This document shows positions 52,291 to 64,000 of a stretch of 64,000 bases of DNA, piece by piece. The position numbers were made by a program, and so were the translations under genes. This DNA comes from an uncultured Ignavibacteriaceae bacterium. GTDB taxonomy: Bacteria > Bacteroidota > Ignavibacteria > Ignavibacteriales > Ignavibacteriaceae. The stretch covers positions 76,248 through 140,247 of the forward strand of contig CAVYHS010000007.1 of the NCBI GenBank assembly GCA_963768365.1, read 5' to 3'. The notes below the pieces were generated by a model. The model ran no database searches. It was not told where the DNA came from and saw nothing but the letters and a program-made list of their open reading frames with translations. Positions within the stretch are counted from its first letter, which is position 1; each line of letters opens with the position of its first letter.

Positions 52291-53298
52291 ATGACCCTCG
52301 GTCGTCACATCATTGAAGAACAATCAAAATATCCTGGGGCAACAGGTGAACTTTCAAAATTACTTCACGATCTTTCACTTGCAGCAAAAGTCATTTCACT
52401 GGAAGTTAATAAAGCCGGATTAGTAGACATTATTGGTTTTACCGGGGATAATAATGTTCATGGCGAACAGGTAAAAAAGCTCGATATGTTTGCACATGAT
52501 ATGTTAATTAAAGCTATGGATCATGGCGGACATCTTTGCGTAATGGCTTCGGAAGAAGAAGAAGACATTATTCAAATTCCACATAAATTTAATATTGGTA
52601 AATATGTTCTTCTATTTGATCCCTTAGATGGTTCATCAAACATTGATGCTAACATCAGCATAGGAACTATTTTCTCAATCTATAGAAGAGTTTCACCTGA
52701 TGGAGATACCTGGAACTATGGAAGATTGTCTTCAACCCGGAATTAAACAGGTTGCTGCCGGTTATGTTGTTTATGGATCGAGCACAATGCTTGTTTACAC
52801 TGCAGGTGCAGGTGTTCATGGTTTTACTCTTGATCCTGCATTTGGAGAGTTTATTCTTTCACATCCAAATATCCAGACACCTAAAAAATCAAAGATTTAC
52901 AGCATTAACGAAGGTAATTATCTTTACTGGCATCCGGGCTTGAAAAAATATATTAAGTATTTACAGGATGAAGATAAAGCAACTGAGCCGTCCGTATTCT
53001 TCCAGATATATTGGTTCAATGGTTGCAGATATTCATCGAAATCTTTTATACGGTGGAATATTTATGTACCCTGCCGATTCAAGAAATCCTCAATGGTAAG
53101 CTGCGTCTGCAATACGAGTGTAATCCTATGGCATTTATTGTTGAACAGGCTGGCGGTCGAGCTTCAAATGGAAAGAAAAGGATATTAGAAATTCAACCTG
53201 ACAAGCTGCATCAGCGAATGCCAATTTTTATTGGAAGCGAAGAAGATGTAAAGATGGTTGAAAAATTTATGGCTGAAGCTGAAGTGCCCGTAAATTAA
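52291..53298 (+). pseudogene. fbp: Fructose-1,6-bisphosphatase class 1, at least 3 breaks
   Basis: ORFs 52291..52746 (MTLGRHIIEEQSKYPGATGELSKLL..., ...FDPLDGSSNID...), 52700..53188 and 53011..53298 (...[22 protein letters not shown]...) are co-linear. Confidence 0.88.
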
Positions 53299-53567
53299 TT
53301 TTGTTCGGATATCTTTTTTAGTTCGGCATCTATTTTTTGCGCCAGTTCATCTATGGAAGTGCCGACTACTTTAATTTTTGCACTACGCAATGCTACTTTA
53401 GGAGGATCTCCCTCTCCTTTCATAAACTTGAATAGACAGTATCCAAGTCTATTCTTGTCATTTGTAATTGGAATGTTTTCACTAAAGCTTTCAACAATAT
53501 TATATACTTTCTTTTCCAAAGAAGATTCGGGAAATTCAATGGTTCCGGGAGGTGTTAATGTTGTCAT
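53295..53567 (-). CDS. Hypothetical 90-aa protein
   Basis: Intact ORF with no signal peptide and no recognisable family. Its stop codon overlaps the fbp stop codon on the other strand. Confidence 0.35.
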   Translation of the reverse strand: MTTLTPPGTIEFPESSLEKKVYNIVESFSENIPITNDKNRLGYCLFKFMKGEGDPPKVALRSAKIKVVGTSIDELAQKIDAELKKISEQN

Positions 53568-53679
53568 CTCAATACTTTCAAATTTTACTTACCAAATTAA
53601 TCCAAATAAGGTAAAATCAATAATTCTTTTAAGTGAAGCCAATATTTGTTTATATTTTACAGCAAATTTTGCTATTAAA

Positions 53680-54634
53680 ATGGTAAAAGATATATCTGAA
53701 TTAAAAAAAATACTCATAATCAGATTGAGCTCGATGGGTGATATACTTCTAACAACCCCATTAATCCGCTCACTCAAGAAACAAAATCCGGCAATTCAGA
53801 TTGATTTTGTACTCAAAGAAGAATTTTATTGAGTTAGTTAAAAATAATCCACACCTAACGAATATTCATACATATTCAAAGCAAAGTTTCGAAAAACAAA
53901 TATTGATTAATACTCTGATATCAAACAATTATGAAATCGTAATCGACTTGCAGAATAATATTAGATCAAAAGAAATAACAAAATCGCTGCACTGTCAAAC
54001 ATTGCAGTTTAAAAAGAATGATGTTAAAAAATTTCTTTTAGTAAATTTTAAAATTAACAGGTTAAAAAACGCTTCCCAAATTCCTGTGAGATATGCTGAG
54101 GCTGCCGAAATTAACTTAGATGATGAAGGGCTAGATATTTTTACAGATAATGTTTCTGATCCACGGTTAGATTTAAATGAAAAATATATCGGTTTGTGTC
54201 CTGGTGCAAAACATTTTACTAAGCGCTGGCCAAAAGAATATTTTATTGAATTGGGAAAGCAGTTGGAATCTGATGGTTATAAAATAGTTCTATTTGGTGG
54301 ATTGAATGAAGAAGAACTCATTGTTGAAATAGCAAATCAACTTTCTAATCCGGTAAACCTTTGCGGTGATAGTATTTTACAGGCAGCTGCAAATATGAAA
54401 ATGTGCAAAGCTATCTACACAAATGATTCAGGTGCAATGCATCTTGCATGTGCTGTGAAAGTCCCGGTAATTGCTTTCTTTGGATCAACGGTTAAAGAAT
54501 TTGGATTTTTTCCTTACAAGGCACATAGCATAGAACTCGACGTAGAAAATCTTCCCTGCCGACCATGCACTCACATTGGAAGAAAGTCCTGCCCGCTGAT
54601 TCATTTCAAATGTATGAAGGACATTACGACCTGA
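53680..54634 (+). pseudogene. Glycosyltransferase family 9 (LPS heptosyltransferase-like), breaks near 53825 and 54629
   Basis: The ATG at 53680 gives MVKDISELKKILIIRLSSMGDILLTTPLIRSLK... (GT9 N-terminal motif). ORF 53801..54634 has ...NDSGAMHLACAV...CRPCTHIGRKSCPLIHFKCMKDIT. The conserved ...DITPE... continues only after deleting one nt at ~54629. Confidence 0.8.
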
Positions 54635-54671
54635 ACTTGCATTCAATAGTTTAAACAAGACTGCTGATAGT

Positions 54672-56018
54672 ATGATGAAAAAAATCTGGCAAATAACTTA
54701 TAATATATTTTTCATTCCTGTTTTGTATGTAATATTAATTTTCATTTCTATTATTTAATAAAAAGATTCGTTCCGGAATATCAGGCAGAAAAAGAATATT
54801 TGAAGAATTAATATTAAGTCGGCTAACACTTGACGTATCAAAAAAAACTATCTGGTTTCACTCATCGTCCCTAGGAGAATTTGAACAGGCAAAACCAATC
54901 ATTGAAAAGCTAAAAAAAGAAACTGATGTAAAAATTGTTGTGAGCTTTTTCTCACCTTCAGGCTATGAAAATTCAAAGAAATATCCCTTCGCTGATATAA
55001 TTACTTACTTGCCATTTGATTCAAAATGGCGAGCAAAAAGATTTATCGAGGTTGATATCACCGAGTATGGCTGTTTTTATGCGATACGATATTTGGCCGA
55101 ATCATATATGGACATTGAAGAAAAAGAATATTCCCTGTTTACTAGTTGATGCAACCATGAAGAAAAATTCCCCTCGGAAACTGCCATTAATAAAATCATT
55201 CCACAAATACCTCTTTGAGGATTTTACAAAAATTTTAACAGTTTCCGAAGAGGATGCTGAAGGTTTTAGAAGTTTTAATTGTAAGAAAGTTGAAATAAAA
55301 GTAGTTGGTGACACGAGATTTGATAGAGTTTACAGCAGAAGCCTTGCATCCAAAGAAAGTAAAATCATCAACAAAGAAGTTTTAAAGGGCAGCAAAGTGT
55401 TAGTTGCCGGAAGTACCTGGCCACAGGATGAGGATGTGATCATTCCTTCATTTCTTAAATTATTAAAATTCGATAAGAGTGCCGTAATGATAATCGCGCC
55501 GCACGAACCAACTCTTCTGCATCTGGAAAAATTAGAACACGAATTTGCCGGTCAAGCATCATTCATAAGACTATCTAACATCAATAATTATACTGATCAG
55601 AGAATAATAATTGTAGATTCAATCGGAGTGCTATCAATTCTATACAATTATGCCGATGTAGCTTTTATTGGCGGCAGCTTTAAAATTAATGTTCACAATG
55701 TTCTTGAAGCGGCAGTTTATGGAGTGCCGGTTTTATTCGGACCAAAAATTGAAAACTCGCAGGAGGCAAAACAAATTAGTGGAAGCCGGTGGAGGAATAA
55801 TGATCAAAGACAAAAAATCATTTTACAGGTCTTTGAGAAAATTATTTTCTGATGAAGAATTGATTGATAGAATGTGGAAGAAAATCTTCGAGTTTGTTCA
55901 CAAAAATGTCGGAACTACTGATCGGATAATTAAAGAAATTTTTAGTTACCTGATTTCTTTTACATATACTTTTCACGTAATACTTTCATATGATGTTTTT
56001 CATGCCCAGCAATCATAA
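54672..56018 (+). pseudogene. waaA: 3-deoxy-D-manno-octulosonic acid (Kdo) transferase WaaA, at least 4 breaks; 3' end uncertain
   Basis: The membrane anchor is MMKKIWQITYNIFFIPVLYVILIF. It is followed by ...TIWFHSSSLGEFEQAKPIIEKLK... and ORFs 54940..55149, 55016..55852 and 55668..56018. The last ORF overlaps the corrected dinB 3' end by ~59 nt. Confidence 0.8.
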
Positions 56019-56467
56019 ACAGAATTGCTAAAACTGTAACAGAAGTTTCACTTGCAAAACCTCTCTTCCAGCAGCATTTCCGGTGTAAAACTTCGGAACA
56101 GAAGAAGATTTGATTCCCTGAGTAATCGAAATTCATAATTTAATTCAAACAATTCGCGTCTGTTAAAATTGCCTTCTTTTACATAATCATCCTGCTCAAA
56201 ACCCGGCAGGGATTTTTTTTCTCCTCTTGCAATGCATAGAGCACGATATGCAAAAACTCTTTCAGTATCGAGCAAATGACCAACAATTTCTTTCACCGTC
56301 CACTTACCATCAGCGTAACGGTAATTTCCTTTGTGTTCTGAAAATGAGTTCAGAACATCCTGAGTTATTTTACTTTGATCATTCAGTATCTTTAGGATGT
56401 CATCGCCTTCAACAAGCTTTATATAATTTTCGTAATAAGGTGCATAATCGCCTTGTTCTGGTCTCAT
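55960..56467 (-). pseudogene. DinB-family metal-dependent protein, one break near 56045
   Basis: ORF 56048..56467 has ...WTVKEIVGHLLDTERVFAYRAL... The shifted frame continues ...ASETSVTVLAILFMIAGHEKHHMKVLREKYM* (stop at 55960..55962). Confidence 0.7.
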
Positions 56468-56489
56468 TTTCTTCCCTCTCTAATTAAAT

Positions 56490-57470
56490 TTATTTCCAAA
56501 TTTTCACTTCAAAAACTCCATCAGAAGTAGCAACACCACGCATCATACTTGGAGTATTGAAAGTAAGTTCATAATTATAATCTTTATCAACTGAAATAAT
56601 TCCTCCTGAACCATCCGGTAAAATATTATGTATGACTTCTTCTGTAGCCTGCTTCAAAGAATATCCTTTATATTCCATTAAAGCTGAAATCTGATATGCC
56701 ACTGTATTTTTAATAAACAACTCACCAGTCCCGGTTGCCGAAACACCGCAAGTTTTATTATTGGCATAAGTGCCTGCATTTATCAATGGGGAATCACCAA
56801 CTCTACCGGGCATTTTGCCTGTTCATTCCACCGGTCGAAGTTGCAGCCGCAATATTTCCAAACTGATCAATTGCTACACATCCAACAGTTCCCTTAATTA
56901 TTTTTATCATTCTTTCAAGCTCATTCATATCTTTCGTAAACAAAAAAGTATGAAGGATCAACAATTTCAACTCCAAACTCAATTCCAAGCTCGTCAGCTC
57001 CGTTTCCGGCAAATAAAACATGAGGAGTTTTTTCCATTACTAATCTTGCTAATAGAAATTGGATTTTTAATTATGGTCACTCCTGCTACAGCACCGGAAG
57101 ATAAATCTCTTCCATCCATTATTGATGCATCTAATTCATTCTTTCCTTCTGAAGTAAAAACAGCACCTCTTCCTGCATTGAATAATGAATCATCTTCAAG
57201 AAATCTAACTACCTGTTCAACAGCATCAAGACTACTTCCGCCATTTGCAAGAATTTCTTTACCAATTTTCAAGTGCCTCAGTTAAAGAATTTAAGATAAG
57301 CTTGCTTTGATGATTCCTCCATATTTGGATTCATGCTACCAGCACCACCATGGATTACAATCGTATATTTTCCGTTTGGTCTCCTGAGCAATAATTATTT
57401 CCCACGATTAGGATTAATAAAAAGAGTAAGAATGAATGAAAACTGTGTGTTTTTTACAGAGGATTTTCAT
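56490..57470 (-). pseudogene. Isoaspartyl peptidase / L-asparaginase (Ntn hydrolase), at least 4 breaks
   Basis: ORFs 56994..57272, 56803..57021 and 56490..56813 are co-linear. Motifs include ...[15 protein letters not shown]..., the autoprocessing site ...[23 protein letters not shown]... and ...VGDSPLINAGTYA... The N-terminal part ...YTIVIHGGAGS... is readable in a shifted frame. The putative ATG is at 57470. Confidence 0.8.
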
Positions 57471-57620
57471 AAAATTTTCTTTTAAGTTAGAATTAAGCAG
57501 AACTTTAAAAAATTTACATGAATAACATAGTAATCTTTCCGGTAATTTTCTTTTTTCTGCATACTTCACCTGAACTGCAGGTTGATCCAATAGATTGGGA
57601 GTGCTACGGATTTTCAAAAA

Positions 57621-58210
57621 ATGACTGAAAAAATTTTCATTCAGGATGACTCCTTAAAGACTATTTATCTGATAAAACAAAGATGGCATACAGCAGTTGT
57701 TTTTAATACAGCAGAAGTGGATTCAATGATTTTACCTGAAGTAAAATATTTTCTGAAAGCTGAACTGATTGACATTGGCTGGGGTGATGAAGCGTTTTAC
57801 CAGTATCCTGACTTTGATTGGGATTTAGCTTATCAGGCTCTTTTTTATTCAACACCCAGCACACTAAGAATTGAAGGAATTTATATCACCATACAGCAGT
57901 ACTTTGATATCTCGGAGATAGTAATTGAATTAAAAATTAAGAATGAACAATTAAGAATTTTATTGAAGTATATCTCCGATACTGTTTGGAAAGATGAAAA
58001 CGGCAGATACGAAATCTTAAGTACGCAATATTTAAATCGATGTTTATTTTTTTAAAGCAAACGGAAGTTATCATCTGTTCAACACCTGCAATACCTGGCT
58101 TGCAAGAGGATTAAAGCAGTCAGGCTTGGATATTAAAGATGATATAATACTTAACCGAACAACTTTTTACTGAAGCAGCAAAAATTGGGAAAGTTTTAAA
58201 GGCAGAATAA
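57621..58210 (+). pseudogene. DUF2459/TIGR02117-like protein, about 2 breaks near 58050-58150
   Basis: ORF 57621..58055 has ...RWHTAVVF...IDIGWGDEAFYQ... Shifted frames continue ...KANGSYHLFNTCNTWLARGLKQSGLDIKD... and end at the TAA at 58208..58210. Confidence 0.5.
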
Positions 58211-58234
58211 TCCTACCGGATTAAAACTAATTCA

Positions 58235-58253
58235 CTAAGAAAATCTTAGTTTT
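58235..58253 (+). terminator. Small hairpin + T-run between convergent genes
   Basis: CTAAG-AAAAT-CTTAG is followed by TTTT. A larger alternative stem AAAACTAA/TTAGTTTT spans 58224..58253. Confidence 0.4.
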
Positions 58254-58298
58254 CATTCAATTCTTCCATTTAATATTTCCAGGGCAAGATTTTCAGCT

Positions 58299-60393
58299 TT
58301 ATATAAGATCTCTAATTGCTTCAATCATTCCTTCGGCACTTACACTTACTGTTCTGTTTGCTTCAGTTGTGTAAATATATCTGCCGGAATGACTTTCCAT
58401 ATTTCCATCAAAAGCTAAACCAACAACTTCTGCATTAGTATTAAGTGTTGGACTTCCTGAATTTCCTCCGATTATATCACAGGTGCTAACAAAATCTAAA
58501 GTGGTCGAAAGATCAAACTCATCTGGTAAATCTTCCCAATAATCAGGAAGATTAAAAGGAAATTTTTTATTAAATGAATAATACCTGTCCAGCGATCCAT
58601 AAAAAGTTGTTTTAACTGGAGTTATTGTTCCATTGTACTCGTAACCTTTTATTATTCCATCGGAAATACGAAGTGTGCCTGTGGCATCCGGAGGAATTGC
58701 ATCACCATATATTTCGTATAGCGCTTCACCGAGTAGCTGATTATTAATCACATCAGAATCATCTAGTTTTTTATCAATGCTTTGCAATTCTTTCAGACTG
58801 ATCACGTGAATCTAAGAATAAAATTGATGAAAGGATCATCTGAATTTAAAATTGAATCTGGACCTGCCTTTGCCAGTGCAATTACATTTTCTTTAGTTGT
58901 AATTGATGAATTCAATAATAATATTCTCAGCCACATCGTCTAATTCCATCCCCATAAACAAAGATTGAACTAATGGATTTTCAGAAGGAAGATTATTGTT
59001 TAAAACACTTAATTGCACGAGCAGTTTTTTATCCTCCACTTGTTTATCAAAATTTACAGGAAAAATATTTTCTATTAAACTGTCAAGTTTTTCACCTTTA
59101 TACGATTCTTCCCTTTCCTTCTTCCGGGAGATTTAAGTTGCTCAGCAAGTTTTATCAAATCTCTTGCGATAAAAAAATATTTTGGTGAATAAGTTGTACT
59201 GATGGTTAAAGCATACAATTCTTTTGCAATACTCTGAAGCTTGCTTCTCTGTTTTCCGCAATCTGCTGCCAGAGGTTCCCATATTTAATAGTCAAATCAG
59301 GATCACAATAAATTGCTTGTTTAAATTTTTTCTCAAAATCTTTTTTCCTCGCTATGAAAAACGGATCCTGAAGTGCGAGATAAGTTGACTCATAAACTTT
59401 CAAACCATTTCCAACATTAAACAAAGTTGCTACGAGTTTCATATCTTCGGCATTTGATTGCATTACTAAATCATAATAAATTTTGTAAAGATCTTTCCGC
59501 ATTGGAGTTTGAAGTCCATAATCGTAATCTCTTAAAAATTCAAGTTGTGCAATTGTATATAATCTGTTTGTGCTGCCAGGATTTCCAACTACAAATACAG
59601 GTTGGTTTTCATAAACTGGTTCTGTACTCCAATTAAAATAGTAATTGGTTTTTATTGGCTTGTCATTTTCATAAGCACGAAGGAAAGCACAATCCAAACC
59701 ATAACGAGGATAAGTAAAGTTATCATAATCACCACCAAGTTTGGAAACTATTAGCTCAGGTGCAAAGACTAATCTGATATCATTATATCTTTTGTATCCA
59801 TATACAGAATATTTACCTCCGTAATACAAAGAGATAACTTCATAACTAAGTTCTGAATTCTGATTATAATATCTGGTTTTGATTTCTTCAATTGTCTGAT
59901 TTTTTACTACCACTTTTTCAGAATCCGAAACAACTGCGCTCATAGCAGCTTTTATTTCTTCAGTTACATCTTCAATCATCATCAACTGGCGAACAAATAA
60001 TCCGGGAATCTTAAACTCATCTTCCTGCTTCTCTGCATAAAACTTATATTTCAATAAATCCAACTCATCAGTGCTCAAGTCTCTCAATATTCCTCTGATG
60101 CAATGATGATTTGTCATTATCAAACCATCTTCTGAAATGAATGAAGCTGAACAGCCCCTGCCAAATTTCAGAGCTGATTTCTGAACTTTATCCAGCCATT
60201 CTTCTGAGGGTTTGAAATTGTAAAGTTTCTCAAAGTATTCGAGTGGTGGATTTTCGAATGTCCACATCTTGCCCATATCAAACTTTTGAGCTTTAACAGT
60301 ATCGAAATCAATTCCGTAATAATTTGATTGTGCAGATACTGTAAATTGATAAAGAAACAAGAAGCAGTTAATTGAAATGATTATTTTCTTCAT
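58299..60393 (-). pseudogene. S46-family dipeptidyl-peptidase (DPP7/DPP11-like), at least 3 breaks in 58806..59205
   Basis: ORF 59206..60393 has a signal peptide and the catalytic His region ...GCSASFISEDGLIMTNHHC... ORF 58299..58805 has the catalytic Ser region ...IIGGNSGSPTLN... Confidence 0.8.
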
Positions 60394-60482
60394 TACACTC
60401 TTCCTTTTTTTGAGGAATAAAAATGCAAAGTAATTATATATTGCCTTTACAAAATTATTAAAATCTCAGACGATATCGCATT

Positions 60483-61503
60483 ATGAAAAGAAAAGTTTAC
60501 AGAATAAATAAAGCAGGTTCAATCAATAATTTAAAATTGAGAGAAGAAAATCTTCCTGAGCCCGGAAATAATGAAGTTACTGTAGAAGTAAAATCTATCG
60601 GATTAAACTTTGCTGATTTGTTTGCAATTCAAGGGCTTTATAGTGCAACTCCGAAAGGTAGTTTTATACCTGGGCTTGAATATTCCGGAATTATTTTGAA
60701 AACAGGAAGAAATGTAAAAGAATTTCAATCTGGAAGATAAAATTATGGGAGCAATAAGATTTGGTGCATATGCAACACATTTGAATATTGATTCACGCTA
60801 TATTTTAAAATTGCCTGAAGATTGGAGTTTTGAGGAAGGTTCTGCTTTTATTGTTCAGGCACTAACAGCTTACTATGCTTTAGTAGAACTTGGAAACATT
60901 AAAAGTAATTATACGGTATTAATTCACAGCGCTGCAGGTGGAGTTGGGATTTACGCAAACAGGATTGCCAAAAAGTTTAACGCATATACAATTGGAACGA
61001 TTGGCTCAGAATCAAAAAGAAATTTTTTATTTAATGAGGGCTATGATGATGTAATACTTAGAAATAAGAATTTTGACAGACGATTGAAAAAAGCACTCGG
61101 AGAGAGAAAGTTAAATATTGTTCTTGAGTCAATCGGAGGAAATATTTTTGAGGATAGTTTCAAAGCACTTGCACCATCCGGCAGAATAATTATTTATGGA
61201 GGCGCACAATTTATGTCTCACTCATCACGACCAAATTATTTGAATGTTTTGTATAAATTTTTAACCCGACCAAAAGTAGATCCACTTTCACTATCAAATA
61301 TTAACAAGTCAGTTATGGGATTTAATTTAATTTATTTGTGGGATAGACCTGATGAGTTAACGAGTATGGCTGAGGAAGTTTTAAAGATTAAAATAAATCG
61401 TCCATTTATCGGAAAGGTCTATCCATTTGAAAAATTAGTAAAGGCTTTAAGATATTTTCAATCAGGAAAGACAATTGGGAAGATTGTAGTTAAAGTGGAT
61501 TAG
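60483..61503 (+). pseudogene. Medium-chain dehydrogenase/reductase (quinone oxidoreductase-like), one break near 60740
   Basis: ORFs 60483..60740 (...[20 protein letters not shown]...) and 60745..61503 (...VLIHSAAGGVGIYANRIAKKF...) are co-linear. Confidence 0.75.
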
Positions 61504-61508
61504 TTTAA

Positions 61509-62151
61509 TCAGCATAAAACACTGAAGAACTTCCTTAATTTATTTTCATCAAGTTTGTTATTAGTCCTTACACCGCTGCATAAATCCACTCCGTATGGAT
61601 TTACAAACTGAAAAGCCTCTATAACATTTTCAGCATTTAAACCTCCGGCCAAATAAACTGGAATTTTTAGTTGTTTAGCTATTTGTTTGCTGATCTCCCA
61701 GTTATGTGTTCTGCCCGTACCACCAAGTTCTTTTACTTTTAATTTTTGATTTCCAGAATCAAGTAAAACTGCATCAACATATTTTTCAACTTTTATTGCT
61801 TCGCGAATTGATTCCTCTCCGGTTACGTGTATTACCTGCACTATTGAAATATCAGGGAGTTGGATTCTTATCTGTTCATACACAGTTACATTAACCCAAT
61901 CAACTAATTGAACAGTGTTTGTTTTGCACTTTATTCAACTGCGAAATTATATCTTTGGAGGTTTGCTTACTTGAAAGTAAAAATGTTTTTATTTCCGGCG
62001 GAACTAGTGAAGCAATTTCAGAAATCATATCTTCTGAAATTACTCCAGGACCAGAAGGCATTTCAGAAACCAATCCTATTGCAAAAGCACCATATTTTAC
62101 TGCTAGTCTCGCTTCATCAACTGATTGAATACAGCAAATCTTTATCTTCAT
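61509..62151 (-). pseudogene. trpF: Phosphoribosylanthranilate isomerase, one break near 61895
   Basis: ORFs 61900..62151 (MKIKICCIQSVDEARLAVKYGAFAIGLV...) and 61509..61883 (...LDSGN...GGTGRTHNWEISKQIA...PVYLAGGLNAENV...) join through ...TVQLVDW... No other trp genes are in the window. Confidence 0.75.
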
Positions 62152-62168
62152 TATAATTTCTTATTTTC

Positions 62169-64000
62169 TTAAATGAATGGAGCTAAAAACTTTCCCGTCC
62201 AGGATTTCTCAACTTCAATGATTTCTTCAGGTGTGCCGGTTGCAACTACTTCTCCACCTTTTTCTCCAGCCTCGGGACCGAGATCAATTATGTAATCTGC
62301 ACATTTAATTACATCCAGGTTATGTTCGATAATAACCACTGAATTGTTTCTTTGAACAAGCATATTAAAACAATTTAGAAGTTTTGAAATATCATCAAAG
62401 TGAAGTCCGGTTGTTGGCTCATCAAAAATAAAAAGAGTATGCTTATTTTCCTTGCTAGCAGAAAGATGAGAAGCAAGCTTTACCCGTTGTGCTTCACCAC
62501 CTGAAAGTGTATTTGATGGCTGTCCTAATTTGATATAACCTAAACCCACATCAGAAAGTACCTGAAGTATTTTTTCAATTTTTCTGTGTCCATTGAAAAA
62601 AGGTAATGCTTCGTCCACTGTCATTTCAAGAACATCAACAAGATTTTTTCCATGGTAAGTAATCTCACGAGTTTCTTTTTTATATCTCGTTCCTCCGCAA
62701 TCATCGCAGGTCAAATAAAGGTCAGCGAGAAATTGCATTTCAACTTTAATGAAACCATCTCCCTGGCAGGTTTCGCATCTTCCTCCGGGAACATTAAAAG
62801 AAAAGTATCCGGGTTTTAGGCCTCTCGCCCGTCGCCTGATGTGTTGATGCAAAAAGTTCTCTGATATGCTCAAAAGCTTTTACATAGCTTATTGGATTTG
62901 ATCTTGGTGATTTACCAATCGGTGACTGATCAACAATCTCAATTCCATCTATGTATTTTGCACCAAGTATTTCATCATATTTTCCAATGTGTGATGGTGC
63001 CATTCCAAAATATTTTGCAACTCCGGCATAAAGAACATCGTGAATAAGTGTACTTTTTCCTGAACCACTCACTCCGGTTATAACTACAAATCTATTAAGC
63101 GGAATTTCAATATTAATATTTTTCAGATTGTTCTCTTTTGCTCCAATTATTTCGATACTTTTAGTTTTTTTATTGATTCTTTTTTTAGGAAAAGGAATTT
63201 TTAATTTTCCTGAAAGATATTTTCCTGTTATTGAACTATTACTTTTCAGTATATCTTCAACTGTTCCATGAGCAACAATTTCACCACCACCGATTCCTGC
63301 TTTTGGACCCATATCAAAAATAAGATCAGCATTGCGCATCATTTCAGGATCGTGTTCAACAATAATCACTGTGTTTCCAATATCGCGAAGATTTTTTAAT
63401 AAGCTGATCAATTTGTTGTTATCTCTCGGATGAAGACCAATGGTTGGTTCATCCAGAACGTAAAGTGTTCCGACAAGTGATGAACCAAGTGAGGTTGCAA
63501 GATTAATTCTTTGTGTCTCGCCACCGGAAAGTGTACTGCTTAAACGATCCATTGTCAGATATCCAATTCCAACATCATTCAAAAACTTTAATCTTTTAAT
63601 TATCTCTTTTAGAATTCTTTCACCAACAAGTAAATCATAATCAGATAGTTTCAGTTCTTCAAAAAATATCAGTGAGTGTTCAATTGGAAGAGCAACAACA
63701 TCATAAATTGATTTACCAGCAATCTTAACCTGAAGTGCTTCTCTTCTTAAACGAGAACCTTTACACGCACTGCAAATTGTATATCCTCTGAATCGGCTTA
63801 GCATAACACGGACGTGCATTTTGTAAGTTTTCTGTTCCAACTTTTCAAAGAAGCCATCAATTCCAAGATAATGTTCCGAAACCTTTTTTTACCATTTCAA
63901 CCTGATTTTCGGTTAATTGTTTAAAGGGAATCGTGGAGTGGAATTTTAAATGCTTTTGCATTCTGAACAAGATCTCTTAGAAATGAACTGTACTTTGCAC
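62169..64000 (-). pseudogene. uvrA: Excinuclease ABC subunit A, C-terminal two thirds (5' end beyond window), at least 2 breaks
   Basis: ORFs 62169..62873 and 62794..63840 overlap co-linearly. Further UvrA-like frames run from 63840 to the window edge. Motifs include ...CxxCxGxG zinc fingers, [12 protein letters not shown] / LSGGETQRINLA signatures and GVSGSGKST. Confidence 0.88.

Noticed and set aside
54629-54760. Possible GT9-WaaA fusion. After removing the extra base at ~54629, the GT9 frame (...CMKDITPELAFNSLNKTADS) runs without a stop into the waaA start MMKKIW... in the same frame.
   Set aside because: Only 14 codons separate the two, so absence of a stop is not significant in itself. 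The WaaA N-terminus is a normal membrane anchor with its own ATG. The local indel density makes a lost stop or second indel likely.
57414-57617. 67-aa ORF upstream of the asparaginase gene.
   Set aside because: Only its last ~18 codons (MKILCKKHTVFIHS...) look like the genuine, frame-shifted N-terminus of the asparaginase precursor. The rest is read-through of the divergent promoter region.
1-64000. Programmed ribosomal frameshifting or transcriptional slippage as the explanation for the split genes.
   Set aside because: The breaks occur in dozens of unrelated genes and at sites without slippery heptamers. Several are outside homopolymers. No known programmed-frameshift gene such as prfB is involved.
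1-64000. CRISPR arrays, rRNA operons, insertion sequences, integrases, prophage or toxin-antitoxin/defence modules.
   Set aside because: I scanned all spacers and hypothetical ORFs by eye. I found no regularly spaced direct repeats, no transposase/integrase/recombinase-like proteins and no nuclease/ATPase defence-type architectures. Small ncRNAs cannot be excluded without covariance-model searches.

Overview
This is an AT-rich (mid-30s %GC by eye) chromosomal segment from an FCB-group bacterium, most likely Ignavibacteria/Bacteroidota-like. The taxonomic cues are type IX secretion (T9SS) C-terminal sorting domains with the NYPNPFNP motif, a PorV/PorQ-family barrel, a TonB-dependent receptor + DUF4249-like pair, and a cysteine-type CcmE. 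Content is almost entirely core metabolism and envelope biogenesis. It includes a System I cytochrome c maturation cluster (ccmABCDEF) at the end of a ~10 kb chain of overlapping genes that starts with bamD, plus htpX and glyQS. A phosphate island has DUF47-PiT convergent with pstS-porin-pstCAB-phoU, with a Pho-box-like repeat upstream of pstS. Further along are a tight tnaA / hypothetical / amrA / amrB / DUF2520 operon, priA, an RCK K+ channel, a Tat-signal LD-carboxypeptidase and an ADP-forming acyl-CoA synthetase. Then come a small island of T9SS-sorted secreted proteins, leuS-serS, an ABC exporter pair, fbp, LPS core genes (GT9, waaA), an asparaginase, an S46 peptidase, trpF and uvrA. I found no rRNA, tRNA, CRISPR array, transposase/integrase, phage or recognisable defence genes. 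The dominant anomaly is technical or degenerative. About 35 genes, including essential ones, are broken by single-base frame shifts. The breaks are strongly clustered: dense at 0-28 kb and 51-64 kb, nearly absent at 28-51 kb. Spanning coordinates below join ORF-track fragments by hand, so break positions and some gene ends are approximate. I do not see a convincing novel multi-gene system. The best candidates are listed with modest scores.
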